Source: Amoebidium appalachense (taxonomy: Eukaryota > Protista > Ichthyosporea). From it: 64,000 nucleotides of DNA. The stretch is taken from positions 8,661,408-8,725,407 of the forward strand of contig CAVNZM010000009.1 in NCBI GenBank assembly GCA_963693365.1, in the 5' to 3' direction. The translations under genes were made by a program, and so were the position numbers. Positions 47,593-59,218 of this stretch are shown here, piece after piece (positions within the stretch are counted from its first letter, which is position 1; each line of letters begins with the position of its first letter). The notes below the pieces were generated by a model, which worked only from the letters and a program-made list of their open reading frames with translations, was not told the DNA's origin and did no database searches.

Positions 47593-47782
47593 CATTGTAA
47601 TTACAAATAGGCTAGATTGCCAAAAACAGAACGAGAACAACAAAGAAACTTGTTATAATAACCTGTGCACACCGCGCTATCAGTTGTCCCCTTTTTTAGC
47701 CAATACAGATACATAGAATTTCCTTCATGTTTCCCTGTGCGAGGCACATTTTAGGCTTATGCACACAATCTTAGATTGTTTG

Positions 47783-47808
47783 GGTTTTATTTGTGGAAAT
47801 TATTGACA
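47783..47808 (+). mobile_element. 26-bp Ngaro 5' terminus stub
   Basis: GGTTTTATTTGTGGAAATTATTGACA is identical to the start of repeat A. Confidence 0.85.
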
Positions 47809-47976
47809 AACACCAGCTCCGATGCTACCCCCATTCTGCTGCACCTCAACACGGAGAAGTTCACCAGCGGTACCTCCAGAGCCAACGAGTACGACGACCT
47901 GACCCTTGACACGTTTGTGCACCATGAAAACGTGCTTGTGCTGTCTGGTGCCCGTGAGGTGACGGTGGAGGCCTAG
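47809..47976 (+). pseudogene. Possible C-terminal fragment of a double jelly-roll major capsid protein
   Basis: NTSSDATPILLHLN...LTLDTFVHHENVLVLSGAREVTVEA* has the alternating beta-strand pattern of PLV/Polinton MCP C-termini. Pattern recognition only. Confidence 0.45.
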
Positions 47977-48024
47977 AGTGCTAAATTGTGTCTGGCTATA
48001 TAAAAACAAGCACACACGGCAAAC

Positions 48025-48444
48025 ATGGCTACCGACACTGCTATTGTACCGTGGGCACCTACACCTAGCCATGTTACCGACACTGCCGTTGTACCGTGGG
48101 CACCTACACCAACCCCGGCAGCCGTGTACGGCTACAAGGTGGCTCCACAGGCCGAGTACGAGGCAGCCTATGTTGCCCCCTACCGTGTACCTCACACGGA
48201 CGGCACCTTCCAGGCCGGGGTGTACGGTGTGCCGTTCCGTGAGCTGCCGACTTTCGGCAACCTGCCCGCCGACAACCACCTACCCTCCATGCCGGGCAGG
48301 AGTGGTCTGGGTAGCAGGGGTCTCCCGTTCAACAACCAGACCTACTACCTGGACTTTGCACCCGTGAGGGTGGGCCGTAGTGGTGACCCCCAGAACAGCT
48401 TTACCAGGCAACCCATGGCACAGTATGCCGGGTTCTCCAAATAA
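48025..48444 (+). CDS. Hypothetical Polinton protein (Pro/Tyr/Gly-rich)
   Basis: TATA (CTATATAAAA) at 47996, AAACATGG start, stop followed by AATAAA; N-terminal duplicated TDTAxVPWAPTP. Confidence 0.65.
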   Translation: MATDTAIVPWAPTPSHVTDTAVVPWAPTPTPAAVYGYKVAPQAEYEAAYVAPYRVPHTDGTFQAGVYGVPFRELPTFGNLPADNHLPSMPGRSGLGSRGLPFNNQTYYLDFAPVRVGRSGDPQNSFTRQPMAQYAGFSK

Positions 48445-48477
48445 TAAACACCAGTTTACAACAATACCGTGTCCACC

Positions 48478-49038
48478 ATGTCCCCCAACGTGCAGCAGCC
48501 TCATGGGCACGCTGATGACTTGGACAAGCATTTGGGTTGGTTACAACGTGTGGGCCATTACCGTGTCAGCTACAAGCACCCACACGAGGTCGCCGGGGAA
48601 ACGTGGCGTGAGCTCCCTGTCGGTTTGTTTGGGTCTTTGCAGCAGCGGTTGCACCCGGATGAATACCGTAAGCTCATTAGGGAGGGTCCCGAGGCCTTCC
48701 TCAGGCTCAAGTACATGGACCCTGACCATGGGTCTTTGTGGGGTGGGCATCCGCCGGAGGTGGTTAAGGTGGACCTAGACTACATGGACTACTACTCCCA
48801 CCTCAAGGACAAGTACGGTAGCTCGTACGTGTGGACCAGACCCCGACCACCCCCTCCCCCCGTACCTGACGTGACCCCACTGGCACCCCCTCCCCTCCCC
48901 CCACCCCGTCCGACCACCCAACCAAGTCAGCTGACCCTCCCATACCCTACCCACCCCCGGGCTGGCACCCTGGACCACCACCACCACGGCCAACGTCTGC
49001 CATACGTCCCCCTGCCCGTGTCTCCAAGGGACCGCTGA
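48478..49038 (+). CDS. Hypothetical Polinton protein; probably continues through the 90/91-bp repeats after frameshifts
   Basis: CACCATG start; GC3-rich codon usage like the PolB. Confidence 0.55.
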   Translation: MSPNVQQPHGHADDLDKHLGWLQRVGHYRVSYKHPHEVAGETWRELPVGLFGSLQQRLHPDEYRKLIREGPEAFLRLKYMDPDHGSLWGGHPPEVVKVDLDYMDYYSHLKDKYGSSYVWTRPRPPPPPVPDVTPLAPPPLPPPRPTTQPSQLTLPYPTHPRAGTLDHHHHGQRLPYVPLPVSPRDR

Positions 49039-49116
49039 CACCCCACACGGGCGGCTCGACCACGACTCCCCGACCGTCGGGTTTCCTAGGGCAGAAGGGA
49101 CCCAAACCCACCCGTA

Positions 49117-49647
49117 CACCCCTCCCGTACCCACCCCCCAACTGGCACCCCCGGCCCACTGCCCACGACCCCTGCAGCACCCCACCTGCCTGCCAAGCCC
49201 GACGGGCCACCCCTCCCGTACCCACCCCCCAACTGGCACCCCCGGCCCACTGCCCACGACCCCTGCAGCACCCCACCTGCCTGCCAAGCCCGACGGGCCA
49301 CCCCTCCCGTACCCACCCCCCAACTGGCACCCCCGGCCCACTGCCCACGACCCCTGCAGCACCCCACCTGCCTGCCAAGCCCGACGGGCCACCCCTCCCG
49401 TACCCACCCCCCAACTGGCACCCCGGCCCACTGCCCACGACCCCTGCAGCACCCCACCTGCCTGCCAAGCCCGACGGGCCACCCCTCCCGTACCCACCCC
49501 CCAACTGGCACCCCGGCCCACTGCCCACGACCCCTGCAGCACCCCACCTGCCTGCCAAGCCCGACGGGCCACCCCTCCCGTACCCACCCCCCAACTGGCA
49601 CCCCCGGCCCACTGCCCACGACCCCTGCAGCACCCCACCTGCCTGCC
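49117..49647. repeat. Tandem repeat, 90-91-bp unit, ~6 copies
   Basis: CCCCTCCCGTACCCACCCCCCAACTGGCACCCC recurs; the 90-bp version reads LPYPPPNWHPGPLPTTPAAPHLPAKPDGPP. Confidence 0.92.
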
Positions 49648-50186
49648 ATGGCACCAACCAGCACGGCAACTTCTGCAACACCGACCGAGACTCAGCTAGC
49701 CGAAGCCACCACTGCTGCCGTTGCCACTATTGAGGACGACTCCCCTTTTGGACCCCCCTCTCGGAGCTGGAGAGGTGGCTCATGTTGAACCACCCGAATT
49801 GGTGGAGGGTGGCACAGATAGGTGGCCTCGCTCTTGTCAAGTGGATCCTCTGGGGTCTCGGGGACAAGGGCAACCAGGCGAGGGCTGCAAGGGCTGCCGG
49901 GGAGGGAGTTTGGCCGTGTTCTAAGTGCACCACCACCACTGGCATTCCTAACCGAGACTCCGACGGTTCACCCCTCCCTTGCTGCCACCTACTACCCAAC
50001 GACTAAAAAGTCGGTCACCATGAAGGGGGAGGGACGACACCTGCACTCTGGAGACCCCCCACGAGCCCGGCTGCACCGTCAACCACTCTGCAAGGGGGAC
50101 TCGAGGGTCCCACGTCTGCTACCCCACCCGATGAGGGGACCTATGAGCCCGTACCGGTGACCCGTACCGACAAGGGTTCCTCCGGT

Positions 50187-51003
50187 ATGAACGCGTTGCT
50201 GGGGCCACTCAAACGGATGCACGGTGAGAGCCTGGAGGAGTATGAGAGACGGATGTACGAGCAAAACTCAGTGTTTGACAACCCGGCCTTGACACCCTAT
50301 ATGAAATCGGTGTTGAAACGTGGCGTTGAAGCACTTTCAGCGGGTGGGGAGAGGCTGGCTAGTGTGGTCGGAGGGGGCAGCCTGCAGGAAGCTGTGTTGG
50401 GTGACCAGGGCCTTATCACCGAGGTGAAAAACGTCGGAAAGCACTTGCTGGAGTACTACGTGCAGCAGCACAAGTCGACTCCACCGGCCTCCTCCACCCC
50501 TCTAGCTATAGAGCACGACCCTTCGGGTGGCCGTAGGTCCGGGAGAAAGCCTCCCCCTGCAGGCCCCTCTGCAAAACCAAGTCCGGCTACGCGTCATGAC
50601 GGCTACAAGTCGGGGGACCTACCACACCACACACAGCACCCACACGTCCGAGCAGCCCTTCCGTTGGTTAGGGGCAGCCCTACCGACTGTTGGCCGGGCC
50701 CTTGGTTTTCAACCGGACACTGTGAGACTGGCACAGCTTGCACTGGACTACACCACCGGTACCACCGAGGAGGATAAGAAGAAGAAGGACACCAAGAAGA
50801 AGGGTACGAAGAAGAAGGACGGCAAGAAGAAGGACACCAAGAAGAAGGAGGACACCAAGAAGAAGGACACCAAGAAGAAGGACACCAAGAAGAAGGACAC
50901 CAAGAAGAAGGACACCAAGAAGAAGGACACCAAGAAGAAGAAGGACGACAAGAAACCAGCGGCAAGAAGAAGGGTAAATAATCTACGCCACAGGCAACAG
51001 TGA
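50187..51003 (+). CDS. Hypothetical protein ending in a Lys-rich KKKDT repeat (putative DNA-condensing core protein); frameshifted near 50550
   Basis: Overlapping ORFs 50157-50777 and 50527-51003; about 11 copies of the 15-bp unit AAGAAGAAGGACACC. Confidence 0.55.
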
Positions 51004-51022
51004 CACCACCACCACCACCATT

Positions 51023-51259
51023 ATGGCACCCGGCACGGAGCACATGCGCATGTATGCGTTGCCACACACCCTTGCCCCCCTCCCCGTACCCCTCCCCTAC
51101 CGCACCCGACCGACCCCCGGGCCTGTACCCCAAACCCGACCGTTCTACGGGCCGGGGAACACCGTCATTGAGGGCCCAGGGGGGACCATGAGGCCGAGGC
51201 CGGCCACGTACACACCCTGGCCTGTGGCTGCCGACAAGAGCTCCTTCCAGAACTATTAA
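51023..51259 (+). CDS. Small Pro-rich hypothetical Polinton protein
   Basis: ATG with good context; closely packed gene string. Confidence 0.45.
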   Translation: MAPGTEHMRMYALPHTLAPLPVPLPYRTRPTPGPVPQTRPFYGPGNTVIEGPGGTMRPRPATYTPWPVAADKSSFQNY

Positions 51260-51298
51260 ATATTGTGTGTGGTTGTGTAAACACCCTACTTCTGCAAC

Positions 51299-51490
51299 AT
51301 GGAGCTCAACATCGGCGGGCCCCCCATACGTAAGAAGCCGTTCATTTTTCCGGAGCAGAACAACAGCTTAAACGTCATGGACGTCTCGACCATACGTGAC
51401 TTCCGGGAACGCCCGTTGGCCTACACCGTACCGTTGTCCGGCATCAACGCCAACCGTCCCATACGCACGGCACCTGTGGTGTTTAAATAA
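51299..51490 (+). CDS. Small hypothetical Polinton protein
   Basis: AACATGG start; stop overlaps AATAAA. Confidence 0.5.
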   Translation: MELNIGGPPIRKKPFIFPEQNNSLNVMDVSTIRDFRERPLAYTVPLSGINANRPIRTAPVVFK

Positions 51491-52086
51491 ACGTGAGTGG
51501 GTCGACGGTAGTGTGGGCACGTGCTGGCACACCCCCTACCACCACCTGCTACCCCTAACATATTGTGCACATGTCTTGTATTTAATTTAATTTATTTAAT
51601 TTTGATTTTTTCGTGTGTTGCCTGTTTTCGTGTTGGAAAAAGTGAGGTATCTTTGCACATGTGTGTGCCTTTTATATGTGCAGGTGCCTGCTCTTTTTGG
51701 CAAGTCTCCCCCCCTTGTATGCATGTATGGTGCTGATGTTGGTGTTCATGCTTCTACCCAAGGCCACATTGGAAGGGTTTGTGTTTGCATTAAACTCTGA
51801 TTTTATTTGCTGCTTCCCCTCATGCATACGGTGCACGTGGTGTATGCCTAAAAACACCGTCTTTTTCTTTAAGTTTTTCTTCTGACCCCCTTTCCCATGC
51901 ACACTGCACCCCATTTTCCTTTTTTCTGAAGCTAAGTTAACAGACACCCCATATAATTTTCATGTCTACCCTAACGTATTCCCTGCATACTTTGATACTT
52001 TGATTTAACTTTGATTTAAAAATTGCATACTTTAACTTAAAATGCTAACTAACCCTTCCCCCTCCCCCTCCCTCCCCCTCCCCCAC

Positions 52087-55000
52087 TCAAAACTGCAGAG
52101 TCCCCTCCGGTGCTGCCCACCCAATGGGGTAGCTGCGTACACTGCCGTCGGCTGCCTCAAACACCCCCCTCTTGTCGAAGGCCCCCGACTGTGTCTTCCT
52201 CTGGTCCTTGCTGGCCAGGTGGTAGTTGTGGGGCACCCCGGGCACGGGCTCACGCAGCAGACGGTGGTTGGTGACACTCACACTCGGCATCTCCCCGTGC
52301 ACCAGCATACGGAGGCTGGGGAGGTTCACCATGTCGGCTGCACGACGGGAGAGGGTGATGCCCTTGACCTTGACGTCGGTCTTGCCGTCCTGGGTGCGGT
52401 AGGCATAGGTCTTGGGGGCCACACCAACAAACTCGACGATGGGGGTGGTGGTCTCGTTCTTCCAGTTGCCCAGCAAGTCCCCGTTGGTGGAGTCGATGTT
52501 GTGGCTGAGGTGGGGCACCCTGCTGTCGTAGTGGTAGACGATGGAGTCCGTGTCCATGTACACCACCTGCTGGGGGGAGAGGGACCGGAGGGCACCATAG
52601 AGGTGCAACCGTGCATGGGCCGTCACGAACGTGCCGATGGCGATGTTCGCGTAGGAGGGGGGTGGGGCCGTCTCCTTCTTGGGCCTGTACTTGATGGCCA
52701 CCCTCTGCTCGCCGATGGGCTCGACGTCAAGCACCAAGATGTTGGGGTTGGTCACCAGCAGACTCAGCCGATCGACATCGTCGACAAACTCGATGGTGTC
52801 GAGCCCTGCCCTCTGCACCAGCTTGCCCCAGAGGCTGTTCAAAAACAGCTTGCTGATGGTACGAAGGGCAGGGTTGGGGCTGAACTCGTCGGCCGTCACC
52901 GTGATGCCGTAGTGCTCCTTGAACAGGTGCACGAGGGCGGGTATGTCGGCAGGATCCACGGTGGTGCTGGTGAGCTTCACCTTCAGGAACGTCTGCACGT
53001 ACTTCCGGAAGAGGTTCTTGGTGCGTTTCTTGAAATGCACCACATCGTACACGTCGAGGATGGTGTACCCATCACGCACGGCCACCTTCAGCTCCTCCGT
53101 CGTCCACGTGCCGACCAGTGCCCTCTCCTCGTCCGTGTGTGTGCATTGCACATGCTTACGCACCCGGGGGTTGCCCTCCTCGTCCATGCAGGTGGCCTGG
53201 GCCTCCTCCTTGCTGCTGCAGGCCCTGCACAGCACAAAGCCCAGCTTGTCGTACCCCTGGGCACCCGTCATACGCACAGGCAGCACGGGGATGAACAGGT
53301 CCTTGGGGGGGAGCACCCTCACACGTGCAACACCAAAGTACCCCTTGGTCCTGGCCTTGGGGGAGCCGGGGGTCATACGGCACGTCTTGTCGAGCCTCTC
53401 CTTGAGCACTTGGGGGTCCGTGACGATGGCCGAGGGGTGGTCCTCCGGCTTGATGGGCAGTGACGTGAACCACTGTGACTTGCCCACCGGCATGTACTTG
53501 TCAATCATCACGTACGGGTAGAGGGAGGTGACGTCGACGTACTTGAGGCCTGCCTGTGGCCAGTCCTCCTCCTTGACCTCGATGTGACGGGTGATGACCT
53601 CCGTACGGCCACCAAAGAAGGCATCACGGAACTGCACCGGGCCCGTGGGCACGGGGGCCACCCTGCCGGTGCCCTCCCTCCGTGCAGCCTGTGCTGCAAG
53701 TGCTGCCTTCACCTCCGGGCTCTGCCGAAGCCTGTCCCACCTGCACTCCCACATGCTCTGCACCTTGTGCCCCTGGGCACGGATGTACCTCTCGTGGCCC
53801 ATGGTGCTGTCGTAGGCCTCCTTGGCTGGCCTCTTCACCACCCTCATCGTTACTAGTAGATCCTCGTGCCTGTTGCAGTCGGGGCACCCATGGAACACAC
53901 AGCCGTGGAAGAAGTAGTAGGTGCACGTGCCGTCGTCGTGGGTGGCCTTGGCATCGGCAGTGGCCCTGCCGTGGGGGTCGTGCCCGGTGGCCACGTGCCG
54001 TGCAACGTCGTCTGGCCCCACCCCCAGGCCGTGGGTGATGTAGTCGATGTACTCCTGCTCCTTCTTGCTGCTGTTGACGTTGCCCATGGTCTGGTCACGC
54101 ATCACGGTCACGTCCTTGGGCATGGCCTGCGTGATCCAGAAGTGCATGGCGAGGGAAGCAAGGGTGACGCACGTGAAGGGGTCGATGCCCGTCAGCTCGA
54201 TGAGTTTCGACATGAAGGCCTTGACCACCTGCTGCAGCAGCACCACATCCTTGACACAGTAGTCCTCGCACTGCTGGGCAATGTCGTAGCACGTGCCCGC
54301 CGGTGCCTGCCCCTGCAGACGTGCCTGCTCCTCCCGCCACCACTGCATGAAGGCAGCATGCTGCTTGGGCTTCATGTCCTGGGCCCCAAAGTCCTCGGGC
54401 CCAGGGAAGGGGATGTGGCCGGCCTTGAAGTTGGCAAAGGTGGCTGCATGGTGGGGGAAGTGGCCCTTGGTCTCCTGGCAGCCCATGGCCTTGCCTGCAT
54501 CCGACAGTGACATGGTGAGGAAGTTGAGGGTGTCCACGAACGTCAGCTCCACCACCGTCGTGCGGCTGCCGTCCCCCCTCTGCCCCCCGTGCCTCCTCTT
54601 CCGGCCGGCACCTGCTGCTGCTGCTGCTGCTGCTGCCTGCTGCTGCACATCACCATGGCCATCACCATGGCCATTGCCATCGTGGCCATCACCATGGCCA
54701 TGGCCATGGTGGCCATCACCATCACCATCACCATCCACCCGCATGGGCACGGGGGTTGCTGGTGCACCGGCATTCTTGATGTAGTGACGTATACGGCAGG
54801 ACTTGATCTTGCTGTTGGCCATGATGGGCACGTACACGTTGTCCTGGCTGCCCACCACCCTCTTGGTCACAAAGTGGAAGTCAAAGCCACTACCGTTGTG
54901 GCAGTACACCCGGCCGCCGGTATGGGCTGGTGTGTCGAACAGCCACTTGACCACCTTGTCGATCACGTGGTGGTTGTCCTCCATCAGCACGTCCCAGGCA

Positions 55001-57709
55001 TTCTTGCCGTCGGCCGAGGCCTCCGACCAGAAGATGATGGGGGCAGACGGCTGGCCGCCCATTGGCTCGACGTACATGGCCACTGCAAGTTACACGATGT
55101 GGATGAAGTGGGGGTTTTCGGCCGTGTGGTCTGGGGCAGGCACCGGCATGGTCTCGAAGTCCAGCACGATGTCCCTGATGGGCTGCCGGGTCTGCTTCCA
55201 CGACCCCCTGCTGCCATCGTCGTCGGGCACGTGCCGTTTGCACACGTGTGCACCCACCCTGCAGCCGGCATCATCCACCCTGGCCCTCTGCCGTGCAGGT
55301 GACTCTCCCCCCTCCCCCTCCCCCCCCTCCCCCTCCCCTTGCTCGTTGGAGTAGCATGCCACCCTGTCACACACCGTGCCGTCTGCATCCGTGTGTGTGC
55401 ACATGTACACACGCCGTTGATCTCGTTTGCTACGTATGAGGCACGTGTGGTTGCCGGGCATGTACCCCCCACAGCCCTTGCAGTCGTAGTCGGTGCACAG
55501 GTGCTGTGTCCACGTGTCGTCCTTCTTGGCCCCGTGCTGACCCCCCTCCCCCTCCCCCTGCCCCTCCCCCTCAGACATCTGCATGAGGTCGATGCCATCA
55601 TCCTCGTCATCGCCACCCTCGTCGTCCGACGAGTCGGCAAGGCTGGGTGGGGGGTCTGAGTCGGCATCCTCGGTGGCCGAGTCCCCCTCCGTGTCCGTGA
55701 CCCAGCCCCAGTCCTCCCCCTCGTCGTTGACGCCTGCATCGTACCCCCCTTGCTCCTGGGCAGTGTGCAGCCGGCGTAGACGGCGCACGCTGGCATACTT
55801 GAACTTGTAGAAGAACCGGCCGGCAGGATTGCCCGACACACACACCCTGAGGGCATCATCTCCACTGCCAATCATCCTGTACCCCTGCAGGCCGTGGGTG
55901 CACGTGGCCAGCCGGCACCAGAACACGGTGTCACAGAAGGATTGTTGCCGGCCGTCGGCCCTGGCCCCGGCCCCCTTGAGCTTGGTGCTGTGGTTGGCCA
56001 TGCACCTGGCCGAAGGGAAGAGGCCACAGCAGTCGTCACAACGGTAAGGCCATGCATCCTCCCCCACCCGTGCTAGCTCCACACGGCGCCCGGGGGTCCA
56101 CACACAGGCATCTGCCTGGTCGATGTGGTTCCCCTTTGATCCACAGTTCCCACACCGGTTCACACAACGGTGCACCCCCATGTTCTTGGATTGCACGGTC
56201 TGGTTGCAGTGGAAGCAGGTGCTGAGGCTCCGACGTACGGCCCCCGTGTGGTTGCCGTTGCGCAGGCGCTCGATGGTGTTGCTGACATTGGAGGGGATGG
56301 CCGTGAAGTGGCCCAGCTTCTGGGAGTGGCCAAGGTACATGGTGCACAGCTTGCCGGGGGGAAGGGCCGAGCTCACGTCCCCGTACCTTCTTGCCACCCT
56401 ACCCTTGCTGTCCAGGTCCACCACCACCAGCCGTAGACGGGTGACTGACTGGGTCTCACTGGCAATCTGCATGTTGAGGGCATCCACGGCTGCACCCAAC
56501 TGATCCACCGTCAGCCCGTCCTCTGCAGGCACAGGCAGCTTGTACTTGGCCCACAGCCGGCGGGTGGCCCTTGCCAGCCTGCGCAGGTAACGGTCCTGGA
56601 AGTTGCTCCTTGGGTTGATGGGTGGCTGCAGCAGGTTGCACACCCCACAGCCGGAAGACACAGACCTACCCAGAGCCTTGTTGCCAATACCAATCACATC
56701 CATAGGGTCCAGTAGGTGGCACAGCACGTGGTGGTCCTTGAGCTTCATGAGGTCACCCCCATTGCCCAGGTTCTTACGAGTGTGCTCGGAGGGCAGGCTG
56801 CCGTTCTCGTTGCTGTTGGCTGCCTTGCTGACCCACACTGCCATACAGTACACCAGGCACAGCTGGGCACAGGAGGGGCCGTCGGCAATCTCAAGCAGCT
56901 GATGGTGGTCAAGCTCCTTCTCCCCTGTCACCTGCGGGTCGTTGCTGCTGCAGGCTGCCTTCACCAGGGTGGTCACATCCACCACGGCCTTGGCCTCCAC
57001 CAGCTCCCGCAGCCACTGGGCTGTCACCCCTGTGAGGGTGGACAGGGACCCGCAGGCACCCTTCCTCACCATGTCCTTGGGCCGGACCACGGTCAGATGC
57101 ACACTGGATCGCCCGTCCATAAAGGTCTCGGCTGCACTCTGGGTGCGTTGGCGTATGTTCTCCATCAGCTTGAGCACCACGGCATTCACATCACCGTTGA
57201 ACACGTCCATGGGGCCTGCCGTAAACACACGACGGTTGGTGACATCGGCGTTGGGGTTGCCGTCATCCCCCACCTGGTTGTCCACACCATTGGCCTGCAC
57301 GTGCAAGCTGATGATGCGTACGATGATCATGTCCCCCACCTGCACATCTGCACGGGCAATGGCATCAAACAGCATAGCTGCAAAGAACTGGGGGAACTCG
57401 GTGACGTCCATGGTGCGCAGGGGTTGGTACTCGAGGGTGTGGCCGCGTACGCCCAACCCCCTTGCCTGCATGTCATCCACCCGTGAACGCAGCTGCCAGT
57501 TGCCCTCGGCAGGCATGGCAATGATCTGGGGGTCATCTGGGTGGTTGATGGGGGCGGGGGCAGGGGGGAGGCCGGGGGAGGGGTGGGGGTGGGGGTGGTG
57601 GGCCCTGCAGGGCCTGCAGAAACGGGTTGGCTTGCAGGGCCTGCTGCGGGTCGGCATCCAGTGCCCGCAGCAGGTCCTCTATGAAGCCTTCCTGGCTGTC
57701 GTCTAACAT
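52087..57709 (-). CDS. polB: Protein-primed family B DNA polymerase (Polinton/adintovirus type), ~1850 codons, with an in-frame TAA at 55090 and a frameshift near 57580
   Basis: ExoI VLDFET, ExoII HNGSGFDFHF, ExoIII YCVKDV, VSR-like insert FHGCVFHGCPDC...MWECRW, FFGGRTE, YVDVTSLYP, KLFLNSLWGK, YMDTDS, PKTY and VKGI; N-terminal Cys/His fingers. The two track ORFs are in the same frame. Confidence 0.95.
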
Positions 57710-57834
57710 CCTGAACAGTAATCTTAGATCTTAGCCACAATGTAATTGCCAGGCAGCGCCGGCAGCAAAAACATCAATAAACAGAACGCAAAATAATGAT
57801 CCTGTGCGTGCGTAAGTGCGCCACCATTGTTTAC

Positions 57835-58050
57835 ACAAGGCGGCCAATAGGAAACCCAGGTTGACCGATCCGGGCGCTCATTGGCCGCCTTGGAAATGGA
57901 ATGTGCTATCTTAATGTTCATTGGCCGCCTTGTGCGGCAACTGGCTTTTTGGAACTGAATTATCATTGGCCGCCTTGTGCATCCGCATTACTATTGGCCG
58001 CCTTGTACAAGGAATTCGGAATTCGAATTCTCATTGGCCGCCTTGTGCAC
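57835..58050. promoter_or_regulatory. Repeated CCAAT-containing motif (ATTGGCCGCCTTG, five copies plus one inverted) upstream of polB
   Basis: Copies at ~57880, 57920, 57965, 57993 and 58033; inverted copy at 57836. Confidence 0.7.
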
Positions 58051-58299
58051 ACCGTCGCATTCCTTTGATCTCAGAACTGTGTACGTGTCGCATGTGCGCG
58101 TGCGTGCACGCGCACACATGACACGTTTTCCCTTTACTATTTTAATTAAATCCACGTGCTCTGCACGTGTTTATGCATACACACACAGTGTGTGCACGTG
58201 CTCCTGTACATATCCATACCCATATCCATATCCTAATCACAATATACACCCATATCATACTGCATATCGCCATATCCCATATGCATATCTGCCATATCC

Positions 58300-58380
58300 T
58301 AAGGGGTGCGCCACCCTGTGTTAGTGACGTCACACTTTGTGACGTCACTAACGTGGGGTGCCGCGCCCCTTATTGTAGTA
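58300..58380. other. Polinton-like terminus with a ~73-bp imperfect palindrome
   Basis: TAAGGGG...TTAGTGACGTCACA-CTT-TGTGACGTCACTAA...CCCCTTA, then TTGTAGT(A) abutting Ngaro RNase H sequence. Confidence 0.6.
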
Positions 58381-58641
58381 TAGCCGAATGGCACCAGTTC
58401 CTCACATCATGGAATGGGGTGCACCTCATCACACCCCCCACATACACTACCCTGGCCACCGATGCTGCCGGATCGGTGGGTCTAGGAGGCCACTGGCTCG
58501 ACCAATGGTTCTTCATGCCCTGGTCCCCCTCCACCCATTGGCAAGCCCTCTATGCTCATGAGGGTAAACTCGGTTCTTCCGTCATCGAACTCCTGGCCAT
58601 CGCAGCCGCCGTGGCCCTCTGGGCCCCCTCCTGGTCCACCC

Positions 58642-59218
58642 TTTTTTTTATTTTATCCCGTTTCACTCCCGGCGAGGCACTGCCTCAGGGGAGCTTACCG
58701 TCTTCCGCCTAGACACAGATCGTACTGTATAGCACACTCATAAGTCAGGATTCTAATTGACCAGAACTGGCACTATTTTTAGTTACGCCTTATCCCACGG
58801 TTCTAGCCGCAGCAACGCTAGTGGGGAAATGAGCACAGCTCACTTTAACAACACCAGCCGGGAGCGACCCGGGACACATACACAAACATAAAGACTTGAA
58901 AGGGAAGACCCCATGCCCAGGACGCTGACCCGAACCGTGGCCGGTGACTCGGATTGGTCTCCCACTTGAACGTTGGGCCGGGATGCCCAAGCGGCGCGCC
59001 GTCGACGTCAGAGGGCCGGTGCTGTTCATGACGTCATGTCTTACGGCCGGGTGATAACAAATTGGTGGTGCTGCTTTGACGTGGTCTGGGGTGATGGCTT
59101 CTAGGGGGCGGCCAGACCGGTGGACCGTCGAGGCAGAAAAAAATCGGAAGTAACCAGGATCGATCCTGCGACTTTGAGCTTGACACGCAGAGATCTTACC
59201 ATTGCACCAACCCGCCCC
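58642..59218 (-). mobile_element. tRNA-derived SINE
   Basis: 12-bp TSD CCTGGTCCACCC (58630-58641, 59219-59230). Minus-strand head GGCGGGTTGGTGCAATGGTAAG (A box) ...GGATCGATCC (B box-like). A-rich tail. Confidence 0.8.

Larger units (their letters stand above)
47809..58380. mobile_element. Truncated Polinton/Maverick (adintovirus/PLV)-like endogenous element
   Basis: Protein-primed PolB, convergent compact intronless ORFs including a capsid-like C-terminus and a Lys-rich protein, and a structured right terminus. Integrase, packaging ATPase and protease are not seen (left part deleted). Confidence 0.85.

Noticed and set aside
52042-53463. 473-aa plus-strand ORF and other overlapping ORFs across polB
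   Set aside because: Antisense shadows of a GC3-rich gene.
55090-55092. Alternative genetic code (TAA read as sense)
   Set aside because: TAA terminates neighbouring ORFs normally, and other internal stops in the window are copy-specific point mutations.
59140-59218. Functional tRNA gene
   Set aside because: Poor acceptor and anticodon stems, a degenerate B box, and it is embedded in a TSD-flanked insertion; better read as a SINE head.
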